Assembly (NCBI GenBank): GCA_964016885.1
Contig: OZ024742.1
Coordinates: forward strand, 194,556,001 to 194,620,000
Direction: 5' to 3'
From: Eledone cirrhosa
Lineage: Eukaryota
Length of the DNA stretch: 64,000 nucleotides
The position numbers and the translations under genes are program-made. Of the stretch, positions 44,097-60,680 are shown one piece after another. Each line of letters opens with the position of its first letter. Positions within the stretch are counted from its first letter, which is position 1. The notes beneath the pieces were generated by a model that saw nothing but the letters and a program-made list of their open reading frames with translations, ran no database searches and was not told the origin of the DNA.

Positions 44097-44811
44097 TATA
44101 TATATAATGATAATGATACTGATATATATATTCATATATATATATATAGAATGATATTGATATATATATTTATTATATATATATGTGTATGTGTATATAT
44201 ATATATATATATATATTGTCTGTGTGTGTGTGTGTGTCTGTGTGGTCTGTTTAATAAGGAACAGACCTCTTACGAAAAATCATTACAGTGTTCCTCCTCC
44301 TTACAAAGTCTAAATAATCATTAACAACTCGCCAGCTCGTTAATATAACCTTTGTTATTCTGGCCTTTTTTTATTGGTAGTATTGAATAATCTATAAAGT
44401 AATCGATTTAAATGCTTTATTTATATTTAGAGAATGAGACAGAGAGAGTGGTGGGGAGAGAAACGGTGAAAGAGAGAGCAAGAGAATCTGTTGTGCTGAA
44501 CCCGGGAGACGGCTGATTACAGGAATCCTCAATGCATGGCGAGATGCAGAGTGGATATAACAATATTTAAATCACCATGGACTCCCGCCAACAGCTGGGG
44601 TAACATACACTAGTGCATTCTTCTGGGGACAGAGAATTAAAGTCTCTACCCACACGAAATCGTTTCTCTCCCTATTTAACTTGTGTGCACGCTGCTTTCT
44701 TTTTTGGTTGGTTTCTTCATGATACTGCTTAATTAAAGCATTGAGTGAGTGACAGAGCGGTCGGAGATACACCGGTTCTTCCGATGATTTAATTTCAATA
44801 TTATTATCAAT

Positions 44812-45290
44812 ACCGTATATTCCGGCATAAAAGTCGACATTTGTAGCCTAAAAATATCTCTCCAAAACCAGGTATCGACTTGTTCGCCGAATATAAAATG
44901 GGAACCTTTAACACCTTTAATCAGTGAATCTACCTACCTAACACTCGCTGTACATCACTTACCATAACTCTAGCAGCCCACCACAACTATTTCCTACTGA
45001 ATTTCATATTTGTTAAGTCTATTTAACGTAGAGATTATAATAATACCAATGACTTGCCGTAGCTCATAGGGTAGGTGTCGATAGGTTGGTTAAAGTTAGG
45101 TTAGGTTGGTTTACTCAGTGAGTTAGACCCCACATACTATAACATCTTTTAGAAGTGTCTTAACTTTTAACGTGCCATTAAATATGTTTAACCTTATCTT
45201 TGCAGGCCGTCCTATCCGGCGAATATAGGTCAAAACCAGAATTACACATCAGAATTTGAGGGGTCGACCTATGTGCCGGATTTGTACGCC
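44812..45290. mobile_element. pogo/Tc2-like MITE
   Basis: TACCGTATATTCCGGCATAAAAGTCGAC at the left end, GTCGACCTATGTGCCGGATTTGTACG at the right end, with internal subterminal copies. Confidence 0.6.
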
Positions 45291-45400
45291 GGCTTATACA
45301 TTATTATATTTGTACAATAAAGATGCCTATAATCTACCAATGTTTGAGTTCATCTTCGTATTGTGCTTACCCCCGGAAACAACTCGGGAATCTACTTACT

Positions 45401-45431
<31 letters not shown>

Positions 45432-45437
45432 GACACA

Positions 45438-47015
<1,578 letters not shown>

Positions 47016-47059
47016 AAAGCCTACCGTACAGTACACCTCATGTTTTTCCAACTGAGTGA

Positions 47060-47570
47060 GCAACTGAGTTCATTGATGTTATTCAACCATCTTGTTTCTA
47101 GTTCACCGCTGAGTTTCTCTCCCATTCGGCTTTGCCCGTAAAATCTGTATACTGATTTTTTTTTAAACATTGTAACCATCATTGACTGATCTTGTCGATG
47201 CTATGCTAATTTTGGTACCATTTCCAAAATGGTTGTGCATGTTAATTCCTTTCATAAAGATTATGAAGGGGCCAGTCTTAGCATCTTTTATCCGAACACA
47301 AATAGTAGGACGTACATAAAGGGAATTGAAAGTAACAAGAAGTTGTCCATTGATCCCATACTCTTGCAGAATCTAACACAAGTTCAGTAGAATGCGGTCG
47401 TATAATGTTTCGTGGTACACGGAACCGGCATACACCTCATGGATATAGTCCCACGATTTCTCAAAGACCTGCCGCTGAGTGAATATTTGGTTGGTTGTGC
47501 TACGTGCGTGGTAAAGTCATACAGATCGTCAGCTAGCTTGTATTCAACAAGATCACTACATCTCTTTGCC
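47060..47570 (-). mobile_element. RTE-clade LINE RT remnant
   Basis: RSTTNQIFTQRQVFEKSWDY..YDRI..ILQEYGINGQLL..SLY. Confidence 0.7.
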
Positions 47571-47737
47571 AGATAATTACTATAAAGTTTACCGAAGAGG
47601 CTTCATAAGAGATTCCTCTATAATTGTTTCCCGTTTTGAAATTTGGTATTATAAATCTCCATTAACATTGCTTCATTGCTTTGTTTCTGTTGCAGGAAGC
47701 CCGACATACACAAATCAGCAGAATAAAAAAATAAAAA

Positions 47738-47791
<54 letters not shown>

Positions 47792-47807
47792 TAAAATAAC
47801 AGATTAA

Positions 47808-47858
47808 AGTTTAAGCAAAGAATCGCTGCTTTCACCCTTAATGGGATCTTCTGAAACT
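47808..47858 (-). ncRNA. Hammerhead motif with U4A change at the end of a probable PLE terminal repeat
   Basis: AGTTT-CAGAAGA-TCCC-ATTAA-GGGT-GAAA-GCA..TGC-TT-AAACT, then AATAAA and (TA)n. Confidence 0.6.
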
Positions 47859-49109
47859 AACAAAGTCAACCTGTAAACGCAGAACTAGATATTTCAAAAA
47901 ACGTTGCAACCGGAGGAAGACAGGAGGACGATACTTTGGTTCGTGGAAACGTTCGCTGGCAAAGAACGGGAAAAAACGAATAATACGTCATTAATAGGAG
48001 CGGTGAAAAACCATTACGCGCAAAGACAGAACCACGTTTATGGTATAAAAGAGGTCGTAGACTAATGTTCCCTTAGGTGGTGCATAGAGACGTTCTTTGG
48101 CAATGAACGAAAAAACGAAGATAATAAGTCAGATGTGGAGCGTAAAGAACAATAGCACGCCAAAACAAAACCACGTAAATGGTATAGCAGAAGTGGTAGA
48201 CTAAAATTCTAACTAGGAGACCAAATGAATGTCCGCTACAGAGTTAAGAACAAAGTAAATAAATACAATACAGAAGTAATAGAAATAAATAAATACGTAC
48301 ACGCAAACAAATACGTACATACACAAGCATACGCGAAACCTTACCAGAGGTATACAAAACCACGCACATATAAATATGTGTGTGTGTGTATGCTTGTGTA
48401 CAAATAAATAAATAATTATATAAACGTATATAAGTAAATAAATACGTATATAACAAGCGCACACACATACCTACATATAAATACACGAATGTTCGGACAC
48501 GTAAGTCAACTAAAACAAGAAGTACACGTATACACACACCCACCATACGTACGAACCTGCATACTCACGCAGACGCAAAACTCCCGTATACACATAGCCA
48601 AACCCTAAATACCAGAATATATAAAAATTATACGCCATAACAATCAAATATACGTACGAGAAGGTATACATACCTTCACAAAACATTATATATATAATAA
48701 ATGAGTGAAGAATAACACGGATCGGTTGTACAGCAGGGTTTATTCCAAGTATTAACAAATGTTTCATTAGTCCGATTTGTCTAAAAACTGCTATCCGCAG
48801 TATGCCGCGGCACACGATTTTAATTACAGTTGATACCCAACTAAATTCTTAAAATACTGTGTGTCTGTGTCTGTGTCTGTGTGTGTGTAACTTTTTGCCT
48901 GCTCCTTGCTAAGCTTGAATTGTTCTTATACCTATAATTCCTCTTTCCTAAGGGCGTTTGAAGGACTAGCGGCAAACACTGCAGTAATGTCTCATTACAG
49001 CATTCTCTCTATGTTCTACTTGTTTAGCATGAATGTTTTATTGCTGCTACAGTGATCCACGTGACTTGCAGGTTTCTTTTTTTTTTTTTTTTTTTTTCGA
49101 CAAACATAC

Positions 49110-49273
49110 GATTGAAACTGGTCATCCAGCATGAAATTCCAGGAATTCATGTGTGCTTTAACTACATGGGTACTCAGGTGCGATCTCACCGTGAAATATG
49201 CATAATTTTGTGCATAAAGAACATTTAAAGAAAGAATAAGAATCACTCCTAACACTATTGCAATTAATCTCAT
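49110..49273 (-). CDS. Candidate first coding exon with signal-peptide-like start; product unknown
   Basis: MRLIAIVLGVILILSLNVLYA-QNYAYF.. ending at a possible donor TC|GTATGT, in non-repetitive DNA; no downstream exon identified. Confidence 0.3.
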
Positions 49274-50784
49274 TTCTACGAACTTTTCGTTTCAGCCTTC
49301 GTCAAGCTCAATATCTTTAACAATGGTCCCATATCTTCCATATCTGACGCAAATCATTCAAAACTGTTGTAACATAATTTGATTTGAAGCATATTTATAT
49401 ATTTTCTTTACTACTTTTCTCTTTTCTAGCATATGCTCACGAAAAAATATTTTCTTCGTTATGTACTCATCATCGATACAAGTGAGATGTCCTGTCTAGT
49501 GCGTTTATTTTTAATAAGCATGGCTTGGATTGATGTGATCCTAGCTTCACCGATAACCTCATTATCAGGGAAGAGTGAGAAGCAATTTATATTGAGTATG
49601 TGGCAGAATCATTTCTAGTGAAATCTTTCGAGCATTCTTGCAGGAAGCGTGTATGTTGATCATGTTTTAGAAGAATACTGCCGTGCAGAAAGAACAAATT
49701 AGATAAATACTATTATTTTAGCGTTATCTTTATATATATATATATGCGAACATATATATGTATATATATTTGTGTGTGTTTATGTGTGTTATTAATGTAC
49801 TTTTATTAATGTATTTTTTTATTTATTTATTTATTATTTATTATTTATTTTTTATCTTTGTATTTTTATCTTTGTATCCTGCTTTTATTTATTTGTTATT
49901 TTCTGCTTATTATTCCTTACTCAGGTCATTATGCACCATTCATATCTCCCTACCCACCAAAGAACCACACTACTTATAACTCGGACTAACTGGGACTTAA
50001 AAATAATTATAGTCTATTGGCACTTTTCATTGGGTTTTACCACTTTCGAATGATGCGGTGGATTTCCCGGCTGTACGGCGGGCTCTCGGAAAGTTCAGCC
50101 TTCCTTGAGTGCTTGGAAAAATAAATTTCCCCTCTTTCGGTAAATGAAACTACTCGGAGCGGTTCGATTTGCCCCGGGGCCCGTCGCTCCTCCTGTTTTG
50201 ACCGCCACATTATACTCATACCTATAAACTCTAGGCTTAGGCATAACTGTTAGCTGTATCATGCCTTCCTCTGCTGGCACGTAAATAAACCCCTCCTGTG
50301 TGAATTAATAGTATTCGTTTGGTATAGACGATGGCCTGTAGAAGCTGGTTGACTTCCCGCTAACACACCCGGAGCCTATCGCAGCTACGTTCCTAGAGTA
50401 CTCGGAAAAATTAATTTCCATTTATTTCGCTAGACGATACCACTCGAAACTGGCTGACACGTGGTTAGAAGGTGCTGGCTGGGATTTACAATCGAAGGTT
50501 TTTATCTTTACTCTATAACCCACCTTGATAACTTATCGAGATTCCCTATAATACACTTAAACTTTTTTTTATATAAGACTCTCTCTGTAATTTCATTAAA
50601 TAAATCTAGAAACACAAACCTTTAGTTTTCTATTAATTTTCTAATAATTTAATTTCATCCTATAACTCTTAACATAAGCTAACGTTCCATTTTCTGTTCA
50701 CACATTAGACCATACAGACACACATATAAATGCCTTTGTTAAAATATGGGTTCTTTGGAATAACATTTTTCGCGGCGTCCTCTA

Positions 50785-50795
50785 GCATGACTTCT

Positions 50796-50854
<59 letters not shown>

Positions 50855-50855
50855 G

Positions 50856-50902
<47 letters not shown>

Positions 50903-50925
50903 GTCTTTCTTTCTTTCTTTCTTCT
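50785..50925. repeat. (CTTT)n microsatellite
   Basis: Direct reading. Confidence 0.95.
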
Positions 50926-51123
50926 CTTTTTTTAATTCTCTGACGGAGAGATGGTAGTACATTATAAGCCTTCGCTCCCTCACCAGATCGTCATTAGTAG
51001 ACCGAGTTGCCATCACTTGAGGGCGATTGACCGAGGTGAAAGCAACTAGTTGGTCAGTCGTCCTCTCTGTCTCTGGTCTTCGGACTCATGGCTTTTTTTA
51101 TATATTCCTTTGTTATATTTCGA

Positions 51124-51166
51124 ATATCTGATGATATCACCGGATTCATACGGAAACCGGTCATTG
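51124..51166 (+). ncRNA. Degenerate hammerhead motif
   Basis: CTGATGA..GAAAC-CG-GTC with weak stems I/II; AATAAA and (TA)n downstream. Confidence 0.45.
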
Positions 51167-51228
51167 AAATGATCATAGTATAATAAACTTTTCAAGGAGT
51201 TACACCAGTCCAGCCTCCTGTTATTTTA

Positions 51229-51311
<83 letters not shown>

Positions 51312-51387
51312 CCAAATGTTAAACAAGGTTCATTGATTATTCAATGAATACAGTTTTACAATAGATTAAAAGCACTCAACTGAGGTC

Positions 51388-51590
51388 AGGTGTACTTAGC
51401 ACGCAGGGAGGCTGAGAGTAGGAGGTTTGCTAATGTTCTGCGACGGGAAGATCAGAGGCGTGCGGTGTTCCACATTGCAAGGCAGTGTGTCAATGTAAAT
51501 CAGGATGTTGTTGGAGATAAATGTGTCCGGAATGATGCCGGTGTAATTAGAGTCACGAATGATCAGAAAAGAAATCTCTGCCAACACTGG
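51388..51590 (+). mobile_element. RTE-like LINE fragment (EN-RT linker)
   Basis: AVFHIARQCVNVNQDVVGDKCVRNDAG. Confidence 0.55.
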
Positions 51591-51639
51591 AATTGAACCA
51601 TCAGCACAGTTGAGGTATGTCACGCATCAATTTATGTAG

Positions 51640-51699
51640 TTTATCTGATGAGGACGTAATGAAAAAACAACACAGTACCTCCGAAATATATATAATAAA
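51640..51699 (+). ncRNA. Type I hammerhead motif
   Basis: TTTAT-CTGATGA-GGAcGTAaTG..CAgTACcTCC-GAAA-TATATA-TA-ATAAA. Confidence 0.7.
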
Positions 51700-51759
51700 A
51701 CATATTTTGATTATGTGAAAGTATCCATTTATTAATATTTTGAATAATATATATATATA

Positions 51760-53572
<1,813 letters not shown>

Positions 53573-53604
53573 ATATATATATATATGTATATGTATATAT
53601 ATAT

Positions 53605-54545
53605 ATGTTTTCGGAGGGTCATGTTGCCAATAAGAAACACACGCACCAGTTGCTTTCACTTCAATTTATAATAAATTCAATTTATAAATTGAGGAATTTA
53701 TAAATTTCCGGTTGGTTGGTTCCACAACCAGACGATTGTTCATATATTGTCAAAGCTCTTTCGTCACACATTATGTGACCTCTTCAGTGACTGGGGATTC
53801 TTTTCTTTGTTTTTGTGCCTCTGCTTTGTTCTGTCCTACGCCATCTTGTTTTTGTGTGTGTTGTGTACTTAGTTTGCGCATGTGTTACATCCGGGTGTCT
53901 GTGTGTGTTTATATTAGTTTATTTATTTGTTTATTTAGATGTTACTGTTTGGTTGTTTGTTATATGTGTGTGTGTGTTTTCATTTTGTCCTTAATTGTAA
54001 GTTGTGATGTTGCTATTCCATTCATGTTTTCTATTTAATTTTGGTTGGAGTTCCTTTATGTTTATTGCCTCTGTGATTTGTCTAAACATTGAATTTTTTC
54101 TGTGTGTAGATTCTATTTTTATTTCTAATTCACCCTTATGTTCTATTTTAGCATGTTGGTGGAGTACAGATGATTATTTACTATCTTGAAGCTCTCGCCA
54201 GTGTTCATTTATCCGTTCTCCTATACTACTAGCTGTCTCACCCACTATATTCTTATCTCTACATTATCCTTCAGTACATCTTATGCTACATTTCTAGTTT
54301 TACAGTTAATATGGGGGCTAATTTACAGATTATACATTTCTTACAGGGAGGTCTTTGAAAAGGGTATATATTGCTAATAAGTGTTTTTATGGGGGTACCT
54401 GGTCTTTCTATTATCTTAATATTGAGTTTATGTTTATCTAGGGCCCTTCTAAATTTGTAAGCTTATTCACCCTCCCAAAGCATAACAATATCGGTTTCAA
54501 CACACGTTTTGAGATAAAGAATCTTGCTAAACAAATTCAGAAACG

Positions 54546-54550
<5 letters not shown>
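53605..54550 (-). mobile_element. Decayed PLE related to family B (GIY-YIG remnant, terminal repeat, hammerhead at 53749-53791)
   Basis: Minus strand PQINCKTRNV homologous to 14297-14506; GTCA-CTGAAGA-GGTCACA..TGTGAC-GAAA-GAGC-TT-TGAC. Confidence 0.75.
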
Positions 54551-54614
<64 letters not shown>

Positions 54615-54850
54615 AACGAGTAGGACCCCGACGGCTGAGCTCAGGCCGTTTCGACAGCTAATTCTGGACTAATGCGTCCAGAATTAGCCGTCGAAACGGC
54701 TTACTCGTTCCTATTACCCACTCTACTACCCTAAGTATTCAGTACTTTGATGCGTTATGGTCCACTTGGTTCCTTAACACATTTCCTTCGTTATATATAT
54801 ATATAATGTCTGTATATAAATATATATGTGTGTATATATATGTGTATATG

Positions 54851-54955
54851 CAACTGGTATATGTGCTACTGGTATATATGCTACTGGTATATATGCTACT
54901 GGTGTATATGCTACTGGTATATATGCTACTGGTATATATGCTACTGGTATATATG
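54851..54955. repeat. 7 x 15-bp minisatellite (CTACTGGTATATATG)
   Basis: Direct reading; runs into the CTACTGGTAACATG start of an interspersed repeat. Confidence 0.9.
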
Positions 54956-55541
54956 CTACTGGTAACATGTATCCCAATGCAACCTGTCTCATGGTCGGGT
55001 CGTTGGTGACTAAACTGGCAACCCCACCAAGGTTTCATGGTGAGGAGGGTGACTTTGGACATCCTGCAGAACTAAAAATAAAACCTGTCAAAGGGCAAAG
55101 GAGCTCTTAAGAGTCAATGGCCATCCAAAATCACCGGGATAGATGACCTCTTAGCTTTTGTCAAGGCAGAATTCTAGGAGTAGGAAAACTCTGATATAAC
55201 ACCTGCAACTCTGATGGTATCCAATGATGTTGACTTGTTCTTCTTTTTGGTAAACATCATCTTGGTTAAGAGAGTGGGACTGGCTTTGTGCAGTGCCTTT
55301 GCTCACCATAAAAGCTTCACGGCACAGGCATTGCTTTATATCTGGAGATCTCTCTGCACTTGTCGTCACATGGTACCATGGGCCCAGCACTATGTGTCAA
55401 TAATTGTTCAAGTGTAGTGTTTGTACCAGAGTTTTCAAGTCGCTGGCTGGACTAAAAAGTCACACTTGTTCAGCGCATCAGTAGGGGTTCTCCTAGATGG
55501 ATATAAAGTAGTGGCTGTACTCGAAAACGAGTTGGCAGTCA

Positions 55542-55591
<50 letters not shown>

Positions 55592-55628
55592 ACATATATA
55601 TATACACATATATATATATATATATATA

Positions 55629-57825
55629 CAGCGGCGTAGGTAGGGTAAACGGCGCCCAGGGCAAGCATCTAAATTACCCCCCCCCCCCTCCCCATCAAAA
55701 AGTCAAGATCCAGAAAGACGAAATTGCTGTAGAATTTAGAATAAAAAATAAAAAAACGGTTACAACTTGATTTTTCGGGCTTTTAATGAGGCAAACTGGT
55801 TGATAATTTCCTCGAAATCAGTTCGTTCAAACTCTTCGTTTTCTACACTGAAAAGGGCGAAGTCAGTCAGCCGTTGTTGGCCCATTGAGGTTCGCAAATA
55901 CGAATGTATTAGCTTCAGCTTGCTGAACGACCTCTCGTAACTGGCAATTAAAATAGAAATCGTCAACATTATTTGAATGCTGGTTCGCAAATCGGGAAAA
56001 ACACATTCATCGCCATATTGTATGATAAATTGGAGAAGTGCCTCCGGCTTTAAAATTGGGTCAGCTGTCCTAGTAGCCAGCAAAGTCGGCAGTCCAAGAT
56101 TTTCTCATACAATTGCTCTCTGTCGATGTCGGAGTTGTATAGTTCCGCAAGACTGTTGCACCTTTGTTTAAGGACAAGGTTATCAGGAGCAGCCAAATAA
56201 AACAGATAGTGGACATCAAGAAGAAAGCCAAAACTTGAGTCAGTTTCCTTAAGTCGAATAAACGGTTCTTCCATTTCTGTTTGAAGACGATTGAGTGAAC
56301 TTTGCATTGCTCTCACTCTATCACTTTTCTGGCAGCCTCGGCGGCCTCAGTAATTTCGGTGTTGGTTTGTCGTCCTCCTCGCCTCCTCGGAAAAGCGACA
56401 TTCCATTTCTGGCAGAGGTCGAAGCCCATTTCAAGAGACTCGTGGATTAAGGATGTTCCTTCTTCTTTAAAATAAAGTTGAAGGGCTCCTATATCAGCTG
56501 CAGCATCGTGAAAATTCATTCTTGGATCTTGAAGTCTCTTTTGAACCCGGTCAATTCGTGAGAGAATCGTGTTCCAGAATCCAATCAAGTTCGGGAATTC
56601 ATAACTCAGTATCCGATTATGGAGATTACTGGCTTCACTTCTACTCTCGCATGTCTCTGTTTCATCATCACTAATTTTTTCTGGAACTTGAACAATCAGT
56701 GTCAAATAATTCGCCACCGGTCTGACTGCGGTACATCTAGCACTCCACCGCGTGTCGGAAGGATATTTAACAACCACTGGAGCAACTTCTTTATGGGCTT
56801 CCCATCGCCGTGTTGAACGGGAAAAAAAGTTGTATAACGAGTCAATGCAACTGAAAAAGTTCATCATAGCAGAATCGTTTTTGGCTGCATGAAGACCAGC
56901 CAGATTAAGTGAATGGTTATTACAATTAACGAAGTGAATCAAATTCTTCTTCTCGCACATTCTCTGCTGAACCCCACTGCGGTGCCCAGCTATTATGGCA
57001 GCATTGTCGTAGCACTGCGATCGACAGTTCTGCAGTGGTAGGTCATCTTTTACTAGCTCTTTCACGATTGTTTAAACAAGATTGCGGCATCTTTTTTGAT
57101 TACTTGAATGAATCCAAGAAAAGATTCCCTCACAACGACCGTCTTCATATTGAAATCAACATCGACATATCGCCCAACTTTTGACAGTTGTTCTCGGTGC
57201 GCCTGGTCAGGGGTCGAATCAATCAGCAGACCATAGTATCTTGCTTTTTGGATACGATTTAGTAAATTCTGACGAACTGTGTTATAGAAGAAAACATTGA
57301 ACCATCTAAACTGGAGTCAAATTGAATTCCTAATAGAAGCTATCCGATCCTATCTGGCCATTTGGATTATGATACCTTTTCTATACGTCTTATGTACCAG
57401 TTGTAAAAGACAAACTACTCTGTTTTGTAAACCAGCTTCATAATTATAATTATCTTGTATTGGTCATTGCAATGCATTGCTAAAAATAGCACCTGCGTGT
57501 CCACCAGTTGCACGTCCAAAACTACGTCCCTTCAGTCAATAGCTAAAAATAGCGTCCGCATAATTGCAACCCACCCTGCTGTCAGTGGGAATGGGGGGGG
57601 GGGGACTTTTTGTGAAGTGAAATCAGACATCTGCTCTGTCTAGTGCACTAGACATGGCGTGGAAGTCGGCTATCAAGAAATCACATGCTTTATTATTGGC
57701 TTATATTTTTAAAAATGATAAAAACGACATGGATGGATGTAAATCGATCTAGGTCGAAATTGCGCCCCGCTAAATATGGCGCCCGTGGCATGTGCCCTGC
57801 GTGCCACACCCTAGCTACGCCACTG
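55629..57825 (-). mobile_element. hAT DNA transposon, internally deleted and frameshifted, with TIRs, inserted in (TA)n
   Basis: TIRs CAGCGGCGTAGGTAGGGT / ACCCTAGCTACGCCACTG with TATATATA on both sides; transposase motifs DSTPD, QCYDNA, CNNHSLNL, TRWSAR, ERSFSKLKLI..LRTSMGQQRL (55760-57280). Confidence 0.92.
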
Positions 57826-57996
57826 TATATATATATACACATGGTTGTCATATAAACACCGGCAAAATTAGAGAGTCATTAGAACGTCAGATAGGATGTC
57901 GAGCGATAATTATTTTGGGTCTCTGCGCTGTTTTTAAATTTCGCTGCTTCGATGTTGTCTTACTTTCGCTGTCCTTTTTATCTTTCGCACACCCTA

Positions 57997-58066
<70 letters not shown>

Positions 58067-58146
58067 ACTCTCTCTTTCTTTGATTTTCTCTTTAATTTTC
58101 TCTTTCGTTCTCTCTTTTGAACTCATCTATATTGACGTACTCTAGA

Positions 58147-58319
58147 AAGGTCGGACGCCATGCTTTGACGCATAGAGTTACGGCTCTTGCCATACCGAGT
58201 TCAAATCCCACCGAGGTTAACTTTGTCTTTAATCCTTACGGGGTCGATAAAATAAAGTACCAGTAATACACTGGGATAATTGCTGGCCTTGTGGCAAAAG
58301 TAGGAACAATTATTATTAT
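58147..58319 (+). mobile_element. SINE S1 copy
   Basis: GTTCAAATCCCACCGAGG..GGGGTCGATAAAATAAAGTACC. Confidence 0.8.
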
Positions 58320-59375
58320 CTTCTTCGTCCCAGCATACCTTCCTTCACTACTCTATGAAAGTAGGAACCAATCACTGACACGCGTATTTTATCTCGTCTC
58401 TGCTATAGTTCGAACAATAGCCTTTGCTACTCTATATATAAAAGATAATTGTATACATTCACCAGATATGCCTAACCATCTTATCATGTTTCTTTCAGAC
58501 TTCACATGATATACCCTGCACCTCCCTTCTCCACCCCTCACACTCAAGATTTTCTTTAGATATGGCTATGATCAGGATGAAAATCAACCTCATGAATATG
58601 AACAGACAAGGAAGACCTGCAAGAGTCTTTGTAAATGACTAACTTATAATAATGTGTTGAAAACTTTAAAATCCAAGTTTGGAGTTTGTGTCTATATGAA
58701 ATGGCATTATTATCGAAAGTGTAATAACATATTACATATAACAGTCTAACATTAGTGTACCTTTTTAAATATAGAGCTTCTTTCATTTCCTTATCGTTCA
58801 ATTCAATTTAAAAGAAGCAAATGATGCATAACTTTATTAATATAATTTCATATAATACTAATCTTACGGGACCTGAATTCATGTAGATAATTGAAAAGTT
58901 TTCGCGAAATATATGAAATAGTTATTACCACATAATGTGTCATATGGTGATCTTGCATTTCAATATTCTATGTCCATGGGATCGAATCCAAAACATGGCA
59001 CCAGGCACACTGTATCAACATATTATATGCTAGATATAGATTAATTTAATTTGTTTGCGTAATTTGTTGTAGTAACGTTGGAGAATTTATTTGAACTTTT
59101 ATTCAAAAGACATAATTTCATCAACGAATAAAATTCCTCATCCGCGAGCTGAAACAATGTTATATTTTGAACAGAATGATGTTAGAAATACAGGGGACCA
59201 ATACATAGGGACCAGCGTTGTCTAGCAGTGGTTCTAATCGTCTGGGTATGTCCTCGACTGACTCTATCAGAGACTTGATGTTATACCAAGTGATCATAGT
59301 TGACTAAACATCTTGGATTTTCAATAGGAGTTTCTTTCCACTCAACCTACAGACACATACACACAGACACACACA

Positions 59376-59462
<87 letters not shown>

Positions 59463-59689
59463 ATATATATATGAAACATCCAAAATGGTTTGAGTGAATT
59501 ATGAAATCACCTTAACACGAATACCTGCCCTCTGCACACAAAGTACGTAACTAATTATAATCGTTCTTAAGTGAATATATTCACTATACAACCAATCGTG
59601 TCAATTAGTGTCTGTATATTTTTGCGACACGTTCTCTGCCTCCCACTTGCTCACTTCGGGCACCAACCCCGATACGGCGGCTCACAATG

Positions 59690-59925
59690 CATGGCATGGG
59701 AAGACAATCAAATACCGGTGATTTCTGGCCGCTTCCCTTTTGCACGGGTCGCCGTCGAAACCGCAGGTGCTCTTGGAGCCCGTACTGCCGAGCCCCTCCG
59801 CAAGTTCGGACCATCAGCATCCCGTCTAAGGGAGGATTCCCGCGTGATGGGGTGGCTATTGCAGTGGGTGTCGCTGGCCATTGTCCGCAGAAATTATTTT
59901 GCTGTTCTCTCCGCGAGACGCAGCC
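59690..59925 (+). mobile_element. CRE-like RLE retrotransposon C-terminal fragment
   Basis: VAVETAGALG..LRKFG..EDSR..WLLQWVSLAIVRRN resembles the CRE-type AVETxG..FLxQRLSxAIQRGN terminus; GC-rich island. Confidence 0.6.
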
Positions 59926-60448
59926 CCAACACCACCGCGCCCTTGAGTCCTTGCCCTTTCATTTCCCGTTTTTAGATAATATTGTTGTTATTTGAAATAG
60001 ATTTGATTATGATTTTTTTTTATGATTTTTTTTTTTAATCAAGTGACAGCTGTATCTCTCTGATTTCTTTTAACGTTTATACTGTGTTATATTTTAAATG
60101 AAAAGTGCTGAATATATTACGGACATAAATTGCATCAATCTGTAGTAGAAGCATTGTGAAATAAAACGCATATTTAGTGCCTTTTATGTGTGACTTTGTA
60201 TGATGTTTTGTTACTTTGTAATTCATTTTTATTTTATCTTACATATGCCACCTTTTTTTAGTTATATTCAGACATACAAAAAACATGGAATAAATGAGCG
60301 ATATGAGAAGACAAAGAGAAAAATAATCATTGATAAGTTGTGACAGGGTGTCTTTTCCAATTAAATAATAAGTCGATTAATGAATTGGTTTGTGGATTGA
60401 TTGCCTGCTTAATATTGGTTTAACACAAGACACTGGTTGAGCCGAGGC

Positions 60449-60449
<1 letters not shown>

Positions 60450-60479
<30 letters not shown>

Positions 60480-60663
60480 TGTTTCTACGTTAAGCACAAG
60501 GCCAGCAATTACCCAGTGCATTACTGGTACTTGATTTTATCGACCGCGTAAGGATGAAAGGCAAAGTCAACCTCGGCGGGATTTGAACTCAGATTGTAAA
60601 GGGACGTAACTATGCTGGAAAGCATGGCGTCCGACCCTCTACCGATATTGCCAATTCACCGCC
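60450..60663 (-). mobile_element. SINE S1 copy flanked by (TAA)n
   Basis: Near-identical to 36421-36610. Confidence 0.85.
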
Positions 60664-60680
60664 ATAATAATAATAATAAT

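Noticed and set aside
51019-51066. SECIS interpretation of the hairpin
   Set aside because: It lacks the unpaired UGAN/NGAN quartet and there is no upstream in-frame UGA ORF.
54851-54955. CRISPR-like array
   Set aside because: Head-to-tail 15-mers with no spacers, in a eukaryotic context with no cas genes.
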